This document shows positions 1 to 9,665 of a stretch of 64,000 nt of DNA, in pieces. The notes under the pieces were generated by a model. The model made no database searches and was not told the DNA's origin. It was given only the letters and a program-made list of their open reading frames with translations. Origin of the DNA: a bacterium (GTDB lineage: Bacteria; Krumholzibacteriota; Krumholzibacteriia; G020349025); assembly GCA_031362565.1 (NCBI GenBank), contig JANLSU010000070.1:1-64000 (forward strand), given 5' to 3'. Position 1 is the stretch's first letter, and every line of letters begins with the position of its first letter. A program made the translations under genes and the position numbers.

Positions 1-70
1 CGAACGACCGCGAGCGCGCCCGCACCCGGCGCCCGCCGCGTCAAACCGCCGCATCACCGCCAACCAAGCT

Positions 71-103
71 CCGGTCCGGTCCGGTCCGGTCCGCTCCGGT
101 CCG
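71..103. repeat. Pentanucleotide tandem repeat (CCGGT)n, about 6.5 copies, one variant CCGCT
   Basis: Directly visible: ccggt x4, ccgct, ccggt, ccg. Confidence 0.85.
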
Positions 104-114
104 CCGCGCCGCCC

Positions 115-150
115 AAAAAAAAGAGCGGGGCGTGCTTGCGCACGCCCCGC
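115..150 (-). terminator. Rho-independent terminator of the 170..3400 gene
   Basis: Perfect 11-bp stem GCGGGGCGTGC/GCACGCCCCGC (125-150), followed on the minus strand by TCTTTTTTTT. Confidence 0.85.
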
Positions 151-169
151 CCTTGTACGAACCGTGGAC

Positions 170-3100
170 TTACTTGAGCAGCGCCATCTTCTTGGTCGCC
201 GTCAGTTCATCCGTCACGAGCTGGTAGAAGTACACGCCGCTCGGAGCGCGGAGTCCCTTCTCATCCAGACCATTCCACGTCACTTCGATATTCCGCTTCG
301 CCTGCATCGGGCCATTGACGAGCGTCTTCACGAGGTGACCGGCGACGTCGTAGACAGCCAGCTTGACGTGGCCATTGTGCGCCAAGTCGAAGCTGATCTT
401 CGTCGTCGGGTTGAAGGGGTTCGGAACGTTCTGTGCGAGCTTCGTCACCGCAGGTGCTTCGATCTCCGGCTCGGTGCCGGGACCGGTGACGTTCGGGGTC
501 TTGATGCAGTTGACCGGCAGCGCTTGGCTGAAGATCTTCGTCAACAAGCCCTTCTCGGCGGATCCGGGCGCGCCACCGAAGGCATCCCGGATATCCAACC
601 AACCGAAGCCCATCCACACGGTGTTCCACTTCAACACGGAGTTCTTGTTCATGATGATGGCACCAGTACCCGTGGTCGCGCCCGACTTGTACCTGTGGGT
701 CACAACTGCGGTACCGGTTGCGCCAGCGCCGTCATATGCACGGATTGCCGGGCAGCCACCATTGAGGCTGAACTTGTCGCCGACGAAGCTCGTGACGCCG
801 CCGTTCGCCCAGGTGAATGCGGCTCCACCTTCGACGTCCGGGTTCACGGACAAAGCCTGGTCGGTCACGATGGTCGTGAGACCCATATCCGTCGTGAAGA
901 GCGGGTTGCTCGCCTTCTGGAATGCGGTGTTCTCGCCATCGAGCAACACGGTGGCCGTACCGATCAAGCCCGTGCTGCCCTGGGCCAGATAGTCACGGTA
1001 CCACTGTGCCTGGTTGATCTTGTTGTCGTCCCAGATGATACCGTCCGGCATGTTCGGGACCAGTGTCGAACGGCCGTCATCCTGGATGATGACTGCGTAA
1101 CCGCTGCACTGCCCGACGACCGCACGGCTACCAAGAACGTTGTTGGTGTTACCGTAGCCCTGGACGTCAAAGACGTCGTAGGACCCCGCGTAACCCATCG
1201 CCTCCAACGTGTACATGAACGACGTCCGGTTGATCCGGCCGCTGCGACGGTTGGAATTCAGCTTCTGGAAGTACAGAATACAGTTCTTCTGCGTCGAAGC
1301 TGCGATTTCCGGAGCCGTCGGGTCGAGATCGCCGTTCGCATCCGCTGCGATCCGCGCCAAGTACGCCGGCGACCAGTTGATGGTCGGGAGGTAGTTGACT
1401 TCCCGCAACCCGAGCGTTGCGAGTTCCGCCGCGGCCAGGTTCAACGGCAGTGCCGTCATACCGGACGGGCTCGACGTGAACCCGCCGTCCGTGTCGGTCG
1501 CGACCCAGAAGTAGTCCATCTGGTCGCCACCACGGAAGTACGTGTCGTCCATGTCGACGAACCAGCGGTTCGCTACGACGTTTCCGAGGCTGTTCCGGGC
1601 GCTGTCTGCCGCAATGGAGAAGAACCCGTTACCAGCAACGGTGTACGGCGCAGGCGCTTTGCCCGCGTGCGGGCCGGCAATGATCGCACCATAGAACTTC
1701 ACGGAGTTGACGCCGTGGCCACCACGTGCATCGACGACGTTCTGCAGGTAGATCGAGTCACCCGAGACGAAGTTCGAGGTGGTGTTGTTGATCGCGAGAT
1801 CCGTGCCTTCGGAGAACGCGCACGAACCGAAGCGGCCCGCACCGGCCGGTGCCGGATCCGGCGAGTAGTGTTCGCCGTTCGGGATCAGGTTCCGCACGGT
1901 CGGGAACGCGTCTTCCGCCTGCGTACGGGTATCGATACCGACGTCGATGGACGGACCCGTAAGGACCTTGCGGCCGATACGGATACGGTCGACGTACGGA
2001 CCGGGTCCCGGATTCAGGGTCGTCGGCGGCAGCGAGTTTGCCAGCGTCGGCAGCTGGAAGTCGCTGTTCCGGAAGCTGACCTGGATTTCCTTCGCCGTCG
2101 GCGTGAAGTTCACCGTCATGTCGAACAGGCTCGTCAACCACTGGAAAGCACCCAGCGAGTTGAACTGGTTGGCGTGTCCCCAGTTTCCAACGCAGTCGAT
2201 CGAGTCGAGCGGCGCCGCCGTGTCGGTGTTGTCGCGGCGTGACTTCGCACGCACGCGCCAGCCCTGAACGATGTCGCCGTTGCCGAACGGGTTACCCGGG
2301 AACCGGCGGAACGACAGGATCGTGCCGGTGGCGCTCGGGGTCGACGCTAAGCTCACCCACGGGCTGACGAAATGATCGTCGAGCCAGTTGTGAATGACGG
2401 CCTGGCCGGGACCAAACGCCATGTCCGGGAAGAACGCGATACGCAGCGGGTCGGTGCCCAACCACGCGCACGTGACGTTTTCCGTGCACTTGTCGTTGTC
2501 CGTGATGTGCGAGAAGATGCGAACCCATGGCGCGGCGCAGAACGGCTGGTTGCCCGCCGTGTTCACCAACGCCACGTTCGCATTCAGCGCGCCTTCGAAG
2601 TTCTCGGAGTACGCGAGACCACCGGTCACGACGATGTTGTCAACGATGAGGCCGGCGTTGTTCGCCGTCGGCCAGTTGCCATCTTCGTCCGAGTAGCCGC
2701 CGTCCGCCGTGAAGCGGATGTAAGCTTCGTGCGTTCCCGCTCCGAAGTTCGTCAGCGCGAGCGGCCCAACGTGCGAGCCACCGTCTTGACCGCTCTGGCC
2801 GGTCAGGACTTCGGTACGCAGCGCGGCCGGAGTTGCCGTCGGGTTGGCGCAGATGTTCGCCAAGACTTCCGAAAGACCCAACGAGTCCGTCTCGACCGTG
2901 ACGTAGTCGTAGCCCGCTTCGCTGTCGCTCGACTTGTCGAACTCGAGCATTGCAGTGGCGCCGGAGTACTTCAGGATGATCGAGTAGTCCCATTCGTTCC
3001 CGTAGCCGTCACGTACCCAGCACAGGTTGTGGCGGGACAAGATTGCGGCTTTGCCGTTGATGTAGCCGGTGACTCGCACCGAGTCCGCGCCGAGACCGTT

Positions 3101-3400
3101 GAACCGGTTATCGACCGACCAGTAGTTCGAGCCGTCGAACAAAACGCGGTTGTCGAATTTGACCCAGCCCGTGGTCGTGCACGAGGCGCCGTTGTCAAAC
3201 GACCAATCCGCGATCCAGACCGTATCCTGTAGAACTTTGCTTGGCGCGGGCTGCGTGCCGTCGACGTCGCCGATAATGTCCGATTCGTTCACGATATTCG
3301 TGAACTCTTTCGGCGCATGATCCGACTTCGCAGACGCGATGCCCGCGAACAGCACAGCGCCACAGAACGCTGCAAACGAGATACCCAAGTATCTCTTCAT
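170..3400 (-). CDS. Large secreted protein (1076 aa) with C-terminal FlgD-Ig / T9SS-type sorting domain
   Basis: N-terminal signal peptide; C-terminus LAQNVPNPFNPTTKI..VYDVAGHLVKTL..WNGLD..SGVYFYQL..KKMALLK; GGGGGA RBS. Confidence 0.85.
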   Translation of the reverse strand: MKRYLGISFAAFCGAVLFAGIASAKSDHAPKEFTNIVNESDIIGDVDGTQPAPSKVLQDTVWIADWSFDNGASCTTTGWVKFDNRVLFDGSNYWSVDNRFNGLGADSVRVTGYINGKAAILSRHNLCWVRDGYGNEWDYSIILKYSGATAMLEFDKSSDSEAGYDYVTVETDSLGLSEVLANICANPTATPAALRTEVLTGQSGQDGGSHVGPLALTNFGAGTHEAYIRFTADGGYSDEDGNWPTANNAGLIVDNIVVTGGLAYSENFEGALNANVALVNTAGNQPFCAAPWVRIFSHITDNDKCTENVTCAWLGTDPLRIAFFPDMAFGPGQAVIHNWLDDHFVSPWVSLASTPSATGTILSFRRFPGNPFGNGDIVQGWRVRAKSRRDNTDTAAPLDSIDCVGNWGHANQFNSLGAFQWLTSLFDMTVNFTPTAKEIQVSFRNSDFQLPTLANSLPPTTLNPGPGPYVDRIRIGRKVLTGPSIDVGIDTRTQAEDAFPTVRNLIPNGEHYSPDPAPAGAGRFGSCAFSEGTDLAINNTTSNFVSGDSIYLQNVVDARGGHGVNSVKFYGAIIAGPHAGKAPAPYTVAGNGFFSIAADSARNSLGNVVANRWFVDMDDTYFRGGDQMDYFWVATDTDGGFTSSPSGMTALPLNLAAAELATLGLREVNYLPTINWSPAYLARIAADANGDLDPTAPEIAASTQKNCILYFQKLNSNRRSGRINRTSFMYTLEAMGYAGSYDVFDVQGYGNTNNVLGSRAVVGQCSGYAVIIQDDGRSTLVPNMPDGIIWDDNKINQAQWYRDYLAQGSTGLIGTATVLLDGENTAFQKASNPLFTTDMGLTTIVTDQALSVNPDVEGGAAFTWANGGVTSFVGDKFSLNGGCPAIRAYDGAGATGTAVVTHRYKSGATTGTGAIIMNKNSVLKWNTVWMGFGWLDIRDAFGGAPGSAEKGLLTKIFSQALPVNCIKTPNVTGPGTEPEIEAPAVTKLAQNVPNPFNPTTKISFDLAHNGHVKLAVYDVAGHLVKTLVNGPMQAKRNIEVTWNGLDEKGLRAPSGVYFYQLVTDELTATKKMALLK

Positions 3401-3625
3401 GCTGTTCCCCCCTAAAAATGACGACGAACACTTGAGGCACGAAAGGAAAGACTCGGTCCCCGACGTGGGGCCTTCCAGACATGGAATCCAGGACGGGATT
3501 CCGGGCTCCCACCCCCTCCGCGGGAACGCGACCGTGTACCGCTTCGGAACCTCAGGGTGCTATGCCCTCCGCAGAGTACGGTGGAGCCGATGCTCCAGGC
3601 ACGGCGAGTTGGATTTGACCAGGGG

Positions 3626-3655
3626 ATGCTATCAGTCGAAACACCTGGGTGTCAA
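3626..3655 (-). promoter_or_regulatory. Sigma-70-type promoter for the 170..3400 gene
   Basis: TTGACA-18 nt-TAGCAT with TGn extended -10 on the minus strand. Confidence 0.5.
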
Positions 3656-3663
3656 GACGGAGC

Positions 3664-4467
3664 TTAGCCCTTCCGGGGGATTTCCGAGGTTGTATCGGAA
3701 CGCACCGGCTCCGGGCTCGAGGTGTCCCCTTTTTTGAGCAGGGCCATGGCGCGGGGATACCGGTAGCGGTCGACGTGGACCTCGAGCAGGCGATGCAGCA
3801 CGAGTCCGACGGCGCGCCGGGTGCGCGGGCCGGTTGGCGGGACTTCGCCGCGGCCAAGCGCTGCGAGGCTGGCGGCAACGTCCGCTGCCAAGGCGACCCG
3901 CCCAGCGCCGGCTGGCCGGCAGAAACCGCAATAGAGAGCGCCGTCCCGGAGCTCGAGCACCGCGGCCGCCGCTCCCGCTTCTTGACCACAGGCCGCGCAG
4001 TTCTGCAGGGCGGGTTCCAGACCGAGGCGGCCGAGGAGTGCCAGCTCGAAGCGATAGAAGGCGGCGAGCGCTCGGGCGCGGTCGGGCGACAACGCCAGCG
4101 CTTCGAGCCCGGTCAGGACGTCCTGGGTCACTCCAGCGTCGACGGCCCCCTCCGGCATCACCTGGTCGACAAGTTCGAGCACCGCAAGGCCCGTCGCCAT
4201 GATGTCCAGACGCGCCGCCCCCGCCAGCCACGAACGCTTGAGCACCGCTTCGCGGAGCGTTCCCAAGTCCCGCCCCGGGCCTCGGCTGAAAACCAGATCA
4301 ATTTCACTGCCGGGCTCCAGGCTGGCGCCGAATTTGTGCCGCGGCCCGCGACTGCCGTGCGCCACCAGGCGCAGCCGGCCCTGCTCGACACCCAGCACAC
4401 AAACGATCTGGCTCGTTTCGCGCAGCTTGTAGGCCCGCAGCACAACGCCGTGATCCGCGGCGATCAC
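3664..4467 (-). CDS. recO: DNA repair protein RecO
   Basis: GVVLRAYKLRETSQIV N-terminal OB motif, CAACG..CGFC zinc finger; GTG start overlaps upstream stop (GTGA). Confidence 0.9.
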   Translation of the reverse strand: MIAADHGVVLRAYKLRETSQIVCVLGVEQGRLRLVAHGSRGPRHKFGASLEPGSEIDLVFSRGPGRDLGTLREAVLKRSWLAGAARLDIMATGLAVLELVDQVMPEGAVDAGVTQDVLTGLEALALSPDRARALAAFYRFELALLGRLGLEPALQNCAACGQEAGAAAAVLELRDGALYCGFCRPAGAGRVALAADVAASLAALGRGEVPPTGPRTRRAVGLVLHRLLEVHVDRYRYPRAMALLKKGDTSSPEPVRSDTTSEIPRKG

Positions 4468-5105
4468 GCCTGGCCGCCGGTCGGTACGCCGGCGTTCCGC
4501 GGCATCCACTGCGCCGCCGCGGCGCCGCCCGAAATGAGCAGCTTGAGGGCCTGCTCGATGGTCATGTCGAGCGGTGTCACCGCGTCGCGCGGCACGAGTT
4601 GCACGAAGCCGGTGGTCGGATTCGGAGTCGTCGGCAGAAACACCGTAATGAGATCGAGGTCGGCGATCGGTCCAGCCATGCCGCCCGTGTCGGCCATCAC
4701 GAACACGATCGCATAAACGCCGCTGCGCGGCCATTCGATGAGCCCGACCTGCCGGAAGGCCGAGGCCTTGTCGCCCAGGAACACCTGGCTAATATCGCGC
4801 ATGGCGCGATAGAGCGGGCTGTACAGCGGGATGCGCTCCAGCCAGCGCGACACTCCGCCGACCACCCGCGCCCCGAGCAAGTTGCTCGCAAACAGTCCGG
4901 CCAAGAACACCAGACTCACGAGCGCGATGAGCCCAACGCCGGGGACGCTGCGGTGCAGGGTGCGTTGCACCACCGGTTCCAGAATGCCGTCCAAGTACTG
5001 GAACGCAATCCACATCACGTAGGCCGCCACGACCGTCGGCAGCGTCACCAGCAACCCGGCAATGAACAGCCGTTTGGGTGCGAAACTCCAGCCGCGCATC
5101 GTCAC
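4464..5105 (-). CDS. DUF502 family membrane protein
   Basis: FIAGLLVTLP, two TM helices, VFLPTTPNPTTGF and ALKLLISGG motifs. Confidence 0.85.
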   Translation of the reverse strand: MTMRGWSFAPKRLFIAGLLVTLPTVVAAYVMWIAFQYLDGILEPVVQRTLHRSVPGVGLIALVSLVFLAGLFASNLLGARVVGGVSRWLERIPLYSPLYRAMRDISQVFLGDKASAFRQVGLIEWPRSGVYAIVFVMADTGGMAGPIADLDLITVFLPTTPNPTTGFVQLVPRDAVTPLDMTIEQALKLLISGGAAAAQWMPRNAGVPTGGQA

Positions 5106-6367
5106 TCCGCGTTGGTATCGCGCACGGCGGGTGCGCTCGTGCGCCGCACATGCACTTGTGTGATGCGCTTGCCGCGCACCGCCACGATGGTGAACTCCAG
5201 CGCTTCGTGTTCGAAGCGATCGCCGGGCGACGGGATTTTGCCCGCCAGAGCGTACAAGAACCCGCCCAGAGTGTCGTATTCGTCGGCCGGCAACAAAACC
5301 TGCATCCGCTCGTTCAGTTCATCCAAATCCACCTTGGCGTCGACCCGGAACGATCCGTCGCCCAGAGCGTGCACCAGCGCCTGCTCTTCGTCCAGTTCGT
5401 CGTGGATCTCGCCCACGACTTCCTCGATGACGTCTTCCATGGTCACGAGGCCGGCGGTGCCGCCGTATTCGTCGACGACGACCGCCAGATACATGCGCCG
5501 CGCCCGCATCTCCGCCAGGAGTCCGGCGACCCGCTTCGTCTCCGGCACGAAGTACGTTTCGCGCACCAGCTCCCGGAGTTGCAGCGTCGCCAAGCGGTCG
5601 TGGTTCTTGATCAGGTCTTTGGCATACAAGAATCCCACCACGTCGTCGACGGTCTCGCGGTACACCGGCAAGCGCGAGTGTCCCTCGCGCTGGATCAGAT
5701 GGATTGCTTCGTCGATCGTCGCCGACGCCTCGATCGCCACCATGTCGATGCGCGGTACCATGATCTCGCGCACGACGGTTTCGCCGAGATGAATGACGCG
5801 CGAAATCATCTCGCGTTCGCCGCGATCGAGCAGCCGCGCGCTATCGTCGCCTTCCACCAAGTCTTCGGCATCTTCCTTGAAGAGCACACCGCTTTGCAGC
5901 GTCAGCGGCGGATACAAGCGCACCAGAGCGGTGCCAAGCGGCCGGCGCACCGGGTAGAGCAAGAGATAGAAAGGCAGCACGAGCACGGCCGCGGTGTCGC
6001 AATAGGCGCGCGGCACCGCTTCGGCGGCGCGCATCCAGCCGAGCAAAGCGCCGAGCAGGGCGGTAGTGTACAGCCCCGCGAACAGCACGATGAGCACGCC
6101 GCGCGGCGCCTGCACAAACAGCGGTTCGAGAGTCTGTGCGAGAAGCAGCGCGCCGATGACGGCCATGCAGATACCGCCGAAAACCCAAGACGTCACGGCG
6201 GCGGTCGCATCGCGCAGAATGAATGCCGCCAGCCCGGGTGGATCGGGAGCCCGTTCGCGCGCCTCGAGCAGGCGCTCGAATGCCGGCAGACCGGCGATGG
6301 CGGCGGCGTAAAATCCCGCCAGTGCCGTCCCCAAAGCCGCGAGCGGCAGCGCGGTCCAGGCGTTCAC
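5102..6367 (-). CDS. Hemolysin/CNNM-CBS-CorC family transporter-associated protein
   Basis: N-terminal TM region, VREIMVPRIDM, HSRLPVY, VVDEYGGTAGLVTMEDVIEEVVGEI, CorC domain; GTG start overlaps ybeY stop. Confidence 0.85.
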   Translation of the reverse strand: MNAWTALPLAALGTALAGFYAAAIAGLPAFERLLEARERAPDPPGLAAFILRDATAAVTSWVFGGICMAVIGALLLAQTLEPLFVQAPRGVLIVLFAGLYTTALLGALLGWMRAAEAVPRAYCDTAAVLVLPFYLLLYPVRRPLGTALVRLYPPLTLQSGVLFKEDAEDLVEGDDSARLLDRGEREMISRVIHLGETVVREIMVPRIDMVAIEASATIDEAIHLIQREGHSRLPVYRETVDDVVGFLYAKDLIKNHDRLATLQLRELVRETYFVPETKRVAGLLAEMRARRMYLAVVVDEYGGTAGLVTMEDVIEEVVGEIHDELDEEQALVHALGDGSFRVDAKVDLDELNERMQVLLPADEYDTLGGFLYALAGKIPSPGDRFEHEALEFTIVAVRGKRITQVHVRRTSAPAVRDTNAE

Positions 6368-6867
6368 TTGCGTTTCCTTCCCCGTACCGCCGCCGGCGCC
6401 GCCGCGACCATTGGCGGCAATGCCAACCAGCGCCAGCGTGGCGCCAAGCGCCGCAGCGTTTCGACCTCGGCGGCATGCATGCGCTGCCGCTCGGCCCGCA
6501 CGTGGTGATCGTGTCCCTGCACATGCAGCAGACCGTGCAACACGAGCAGCACGAATTCCTGGCGCAGCGTCCGTCCGAACTCGCGCGCCTGGCTCGCGGC
6601 CCGCTCGAGCGACACGTACACCTCCGCGTCGGGACCCGCTTGCGAGCCGGATGCCGCCCCAGCGTAGCGGAACGACAGCACGTCCGTCGGGCGGTCTTGG
6701 CGGCGGAAGTCGCGGTTCAACTGCCGTAACAGGGCATCGTCCGCGGCGACGACCTGAACGCCGAAATGACGCGGCAAGAGCGGCCGCGCCGCGGCTTCGA
6801 CCGCGGCGCGGGCACCCGGGGGCCAGCGGCATCCGGCGCCGCGCACGAATGACACGCGCATGCTCAC
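6364..6867 (-). CDS. ybeY: rRNA maturation endoribonuclease YbeY
   Basis: LNRDFRRQDRPTDVLSF and HGLLHVQGHDH motifs; phoH-ybeY-corC synteny. Confidence 0.9.
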   Translation of the reverse strand: MSMRVSFVRGAGCRWPPGARAAVEAAARPLLPRHFGVQVVAADDALLRQLNRDFRRQDRPTDVLSFRYAGAASGSQAGPDAEVYVSLERAASQAREFGRTLRQEFVLLVLHGLLHVQGHDHHVRAERQRMHAAEVETLRRLAPRWRWLALPPMVAAAPAAVRGRKRK

Positions 6868-7862
6868 AACCGCCGTTCGCCGGGCGGCGCGGCGGCCGGG
6901 CCGTGCGCGTGGCGCGCGAACGCCTGCAGGATCTTCTGGACCAAACGATGCCGCATGATATCCACGTCGGTCAGGTACACGAACGCCACACCCTCGACGT
7001 CGTTCAAAATGGGTTCGACGCGCACCAGGCCCGAATTTTCGGGCTGTGGCAGGTCGATCTGGGTCACATCCCCGGTCACGACGGCGCGGCTGTCGGGGCC
7101 GAGCCGGGTGAGAAACATCTTCAGTTGCGCCAGCGTCGTGTTCTGCGCTTCGTCCAAAATCGCAAAGGCATGCCGCAGCGTCCGGCCGCGCATGTAGGCC
7201 AGCGGTGCGACTTCCACCACGCCATTCTCGATCGAACGGCGCAACTGTTCGTCGCCCATGAGTTCCTGCAATGCGTCATACAACGGGCGCAGATACGGAT
7301 CGACTTTCTCCTGATAATCGCCGGGCAAGAAGCCGAGATTCTCGCCGGCTTCGACCGCCGGACGGGCCAGCACGATGCGGTCGACGTCACGCCGCCGCAG
7401 TGCCGCCACCGCCGCCGCGATCGCCAAGTAGGTCTTGCCGGTGCCGGCGGGCCCGATCGCGAACACCACATCGTGCGCCGCCATGGCGCGCACATAGTCG
7501 CGTTGCGCGAACGTTTTTGGACCGACCGGCTGGCGCCGCGAAGTCAACAACAACGGTTCGCCGAGCAACGCGCTCGGCGAATCCTCGTGGGCGCGAGTGT
7601 CGATGGCATAGTGAACGTCGGCCTCGGACAGGGCGCGCTTTTGCCGGACAATCTCGATGAGCCCGCTCAGCACCCGCTTGAGTTCACGCACGTCCGGTTC
7701 GGGGCCGCTCAGGATGACTTGGTCGCCGCGCACGACGACCCGGCCCGGCAGGCGGCTTTCGATGAGGCGCAGGTTGCGATCATGGCGCCCCAGCAGATCG
7801 ACCGGCTGGACACCTTCGATGGACAACGTCTCGGTGTACTCGGGAGACGATTCAGACGCCAC
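6864..7862 (-). CDS. phoH: PhoH-family ATPase (YbeZ)
   Basis: GPAGTGKT, RPAVEAGENLGFLPGD, LAYMRGRTL, DEAQN, GDVTQIDL. Confidence 0.92.
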   Translation of the reverse strand: MASESSPEYTETLSIEGVQPVDLLGRHDRNLRLIESRLPGRVVVRGDQVILSGPEPDVRELKRVLSGLIEIVRQKRALSEADVHYAIDTRAHEDSPSALLGEPLLLTSRRQPVGPKTFAQRDYVRAMAAHDVVFAIGPAGTGKTYLAIAAAVAALRRRDVDRIVLARPAVEAGENLGFLPGDYQEKVDPYLRPLYDALQELMGDEQLRRSIENGVVEVAPLAYMRGRTLRHAFAILDEAQNTTLAQLKMFLTRLGPDSRAVVTGDVTQIDLPQPENSGLVRVEPILNDVEGVAFVYLTDVDIMRHRLVQKILQAFARHAHGPAAAPPGERRL

Positions 7863-7868
7863 GCGACC

Positions 7869-9665
7869 TCATTCCGTACGTACCGATTCGCCACTGGGCG
7901 GCACCGCGATGAGCAGCGACAGTTCGCGCAATTGCTCAGCGCTGATCGCCGACGGCGCACCGTCCATGGGTGACGTGGCGCGCTGCGTCTTCGGAAATGC
8001 GATGACGTCGCGCAAGCTCGTGCCGCCGACGAGCAGCATCACGAACCGGTCGACGCCCAGGGCAATACCGCCGTGCGGCGGCGCACCATACTCGAAGGCC
8101 TGCAACATGAAGCCGAATTTCGCCTCGATTTCGGCGTCGCCGATCCCGACTTGATGCATGACCCGGCGTTGCAACTCCGGCCGGTGGATCCGAATGCTGC
8201 CGGAGCCGAGCTCGACACCGTTGCAGACGAGATCGTACAACTGGGCCCGCACCGCCGCCGGATTGCTTTCGAGCGTCTCGAGATACTCGGCCTCCGGCAT
8301 GGTGAACATGTGGTGCGCCGGCGCCCAGCCGGTCGGCGATTCGGCCGACGGCTCGAAGAGTGCGAAGCGATGCACCCAGCAGAAATGCAGTCCATCCGCG
8401 ACCGGCAGGCCGAGCTTCTCCGGCAGGCCGAGCCGCACTTGCCCGAGCGCCTGCGCCGAGCGCGCCGGTTCGTCGGCCACGAAGAAGAGCGCGTCGCCGG
8501 GACCCGCACCGGTGCGCGCCGCGAGCGCGGCGATGGCCGGCGCGCCGAGGAATTTCGCAATGCCACCGGCGGCGGCGCCGTCGGTTTCCAGCTTCACCCA
8601 CGCCAGCCCCTTGGCGCCGCCCTTTTGCGCCAGCAGCGTCAACTCGTCGATGTCCTTGCGCGACAGCTTGGCGCCGCCCGGCGCTGCGAGCACGCGCACC
8701 CGGCCGCCTTGCGCCAGCACGTCGCGAAAGGCGTTGAAGCTGGTGCCCTGGAAGACGTCGCTGGCGTCGTGCAACAGGCAACCGAATCGCACGTCCGGCT
8801 TGTCGCTGCCGTAACGCGCCATGGCATCGTCGTACGTGAAGCGCGCCAGCGGCAGCGCCGGCACCGCCCGGCCGGCCGCCTCGCACATGGTGGCGACGAT
8901 GCCTTCCGTGACGGCGAAGACGTCTTCTTCGGTGACGAAGCTCATCTCGAGATCGATCTGGGTGAACTCCGGCTGGCGATCGGCGCGCAGGTCCTCGTCG
9001 CGCAAACAACGCGCCACCTGGAAATAGCGGTCGAATCCGGCCACCATCAGGATCTGCTTGTAGATCTGCGGGCTCTGCGGCAAAGCGTAGAAACGCCCCG
9101 GGTGCAAACGGCTCGGCACCACGTAGTCACGGGCGCCTTCCGGCGTCGTCTTGATGAGCAACGGGGTTTCGATCTCCAGAAAGCCCTGCGCGTCGAGGTA
9201 GCGGCGCGCCGCCAGCAACGTCTGGTGGCGAATCGCCAGCGAGCGTTGTAACGCCGGCCGGCGCAGTTCGAGGTACCGGTAGCGATATTTGAGTTCCTCG
9301 GTGGGCTCGATGTCGCTGTCGATCGGAAACGGCGTCGTCTTCGAGGTCGAGAGCACGGCGATTTCGCCGGCGGCAATTTCGATCTCGCCGGTGGCGAGGT
9401 CGCGATTCGCCATTTCGCCCGGCCGGGCTTGCACCGTGCCGCGGACCGCAATCACGTATTCATTGCGCAGCTCACGCACGGCGCCTGCCGACGCGCCGCT
9501 CGCGGCGTCCGCGACGACTTGGGTCACGCCATAGCGGTCGCGCACGTCGACGAAGGTAAGGCCGCCGTGATCGCGCCGCCGGTTCACCCAGCCGCACAAG
9601 ACGACTTCCCGCCCGACATCGCTCGGGCGCAGCGCGCCGCACGTATGCGTCCGCTTCCAGTTCAT
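7869..9665 (-). CDS. aspS: Aspartate--tRNA ligase
   Basis: RTHTCG, RRRDHGG, LPQSPQ, RDEDLRADRQPEFTQIDLEMSF, GAPPHGGIALG. Confidence 0.97.
   Translation of the reverse strand: MNWKRTHTCGALRPSDVGREVVLCGWVNRRRDHGGLTFVDVRDRYGVTQVVADAASGASAGAVRELRNEYVIAVRGTVQARPGEMANRDLATGEIEIAAGEIAVLSTSKTTPFPIDSDIEPTEELKYRYRYLELRRPALQRSLAIRHQTLLAARRYLDAQGFLEIETPLLIKTTPEGARDYVVPSRLHPGRFYALPQSPQIYKQILMVAGFDRYFQVARCLRDEDLRADRQPEFTQIDLEMSFVTEEDVFAVTEGIVATMCEAAGRAVPALPLARFTYDDAMARYGSDKPDVRFGCLLHDASDVFQGTSFNAFRDVLAQGGRVRVLAAPGGAKLSRKDIDELTLLAQKGGAKGLAWVKLETDGAAAGGIAKFLGAPAIAALAARTGAGPGDALFFVADEPARSAQALGQVRLGLPEKLGLPVADGLHFCWVHRFALFEPSAESPTGWAPAHHMFTMPEAEYLETLESNPAAVRAQLYDLVCNGVELGSGSIRIHRPELQRRVMHQVGIGDAEIEAKFGFMLQAFEYGAPPHGGIALGVDRFVMLLVGGTSLRDVIAFPKTQRATSPMDGAPSAISAEQLRELSLLIAVPPSGESVRTE

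Noticed and set aside
71..103. (CCGGT)n repeat as CRISPR or phase-variation element
   Set aside because: No spacers and no cas genes; it lies outside a gene, downstream of a terminator, near the window edge.
164..2242. 692-aa plus-strand ORF and many other long overlapping ORFs across the window
   Set aside because: Antisense or alternative-frame shadows of real genes in high-GC DNA; Arg/Ala/Pro-rich with no motifs.
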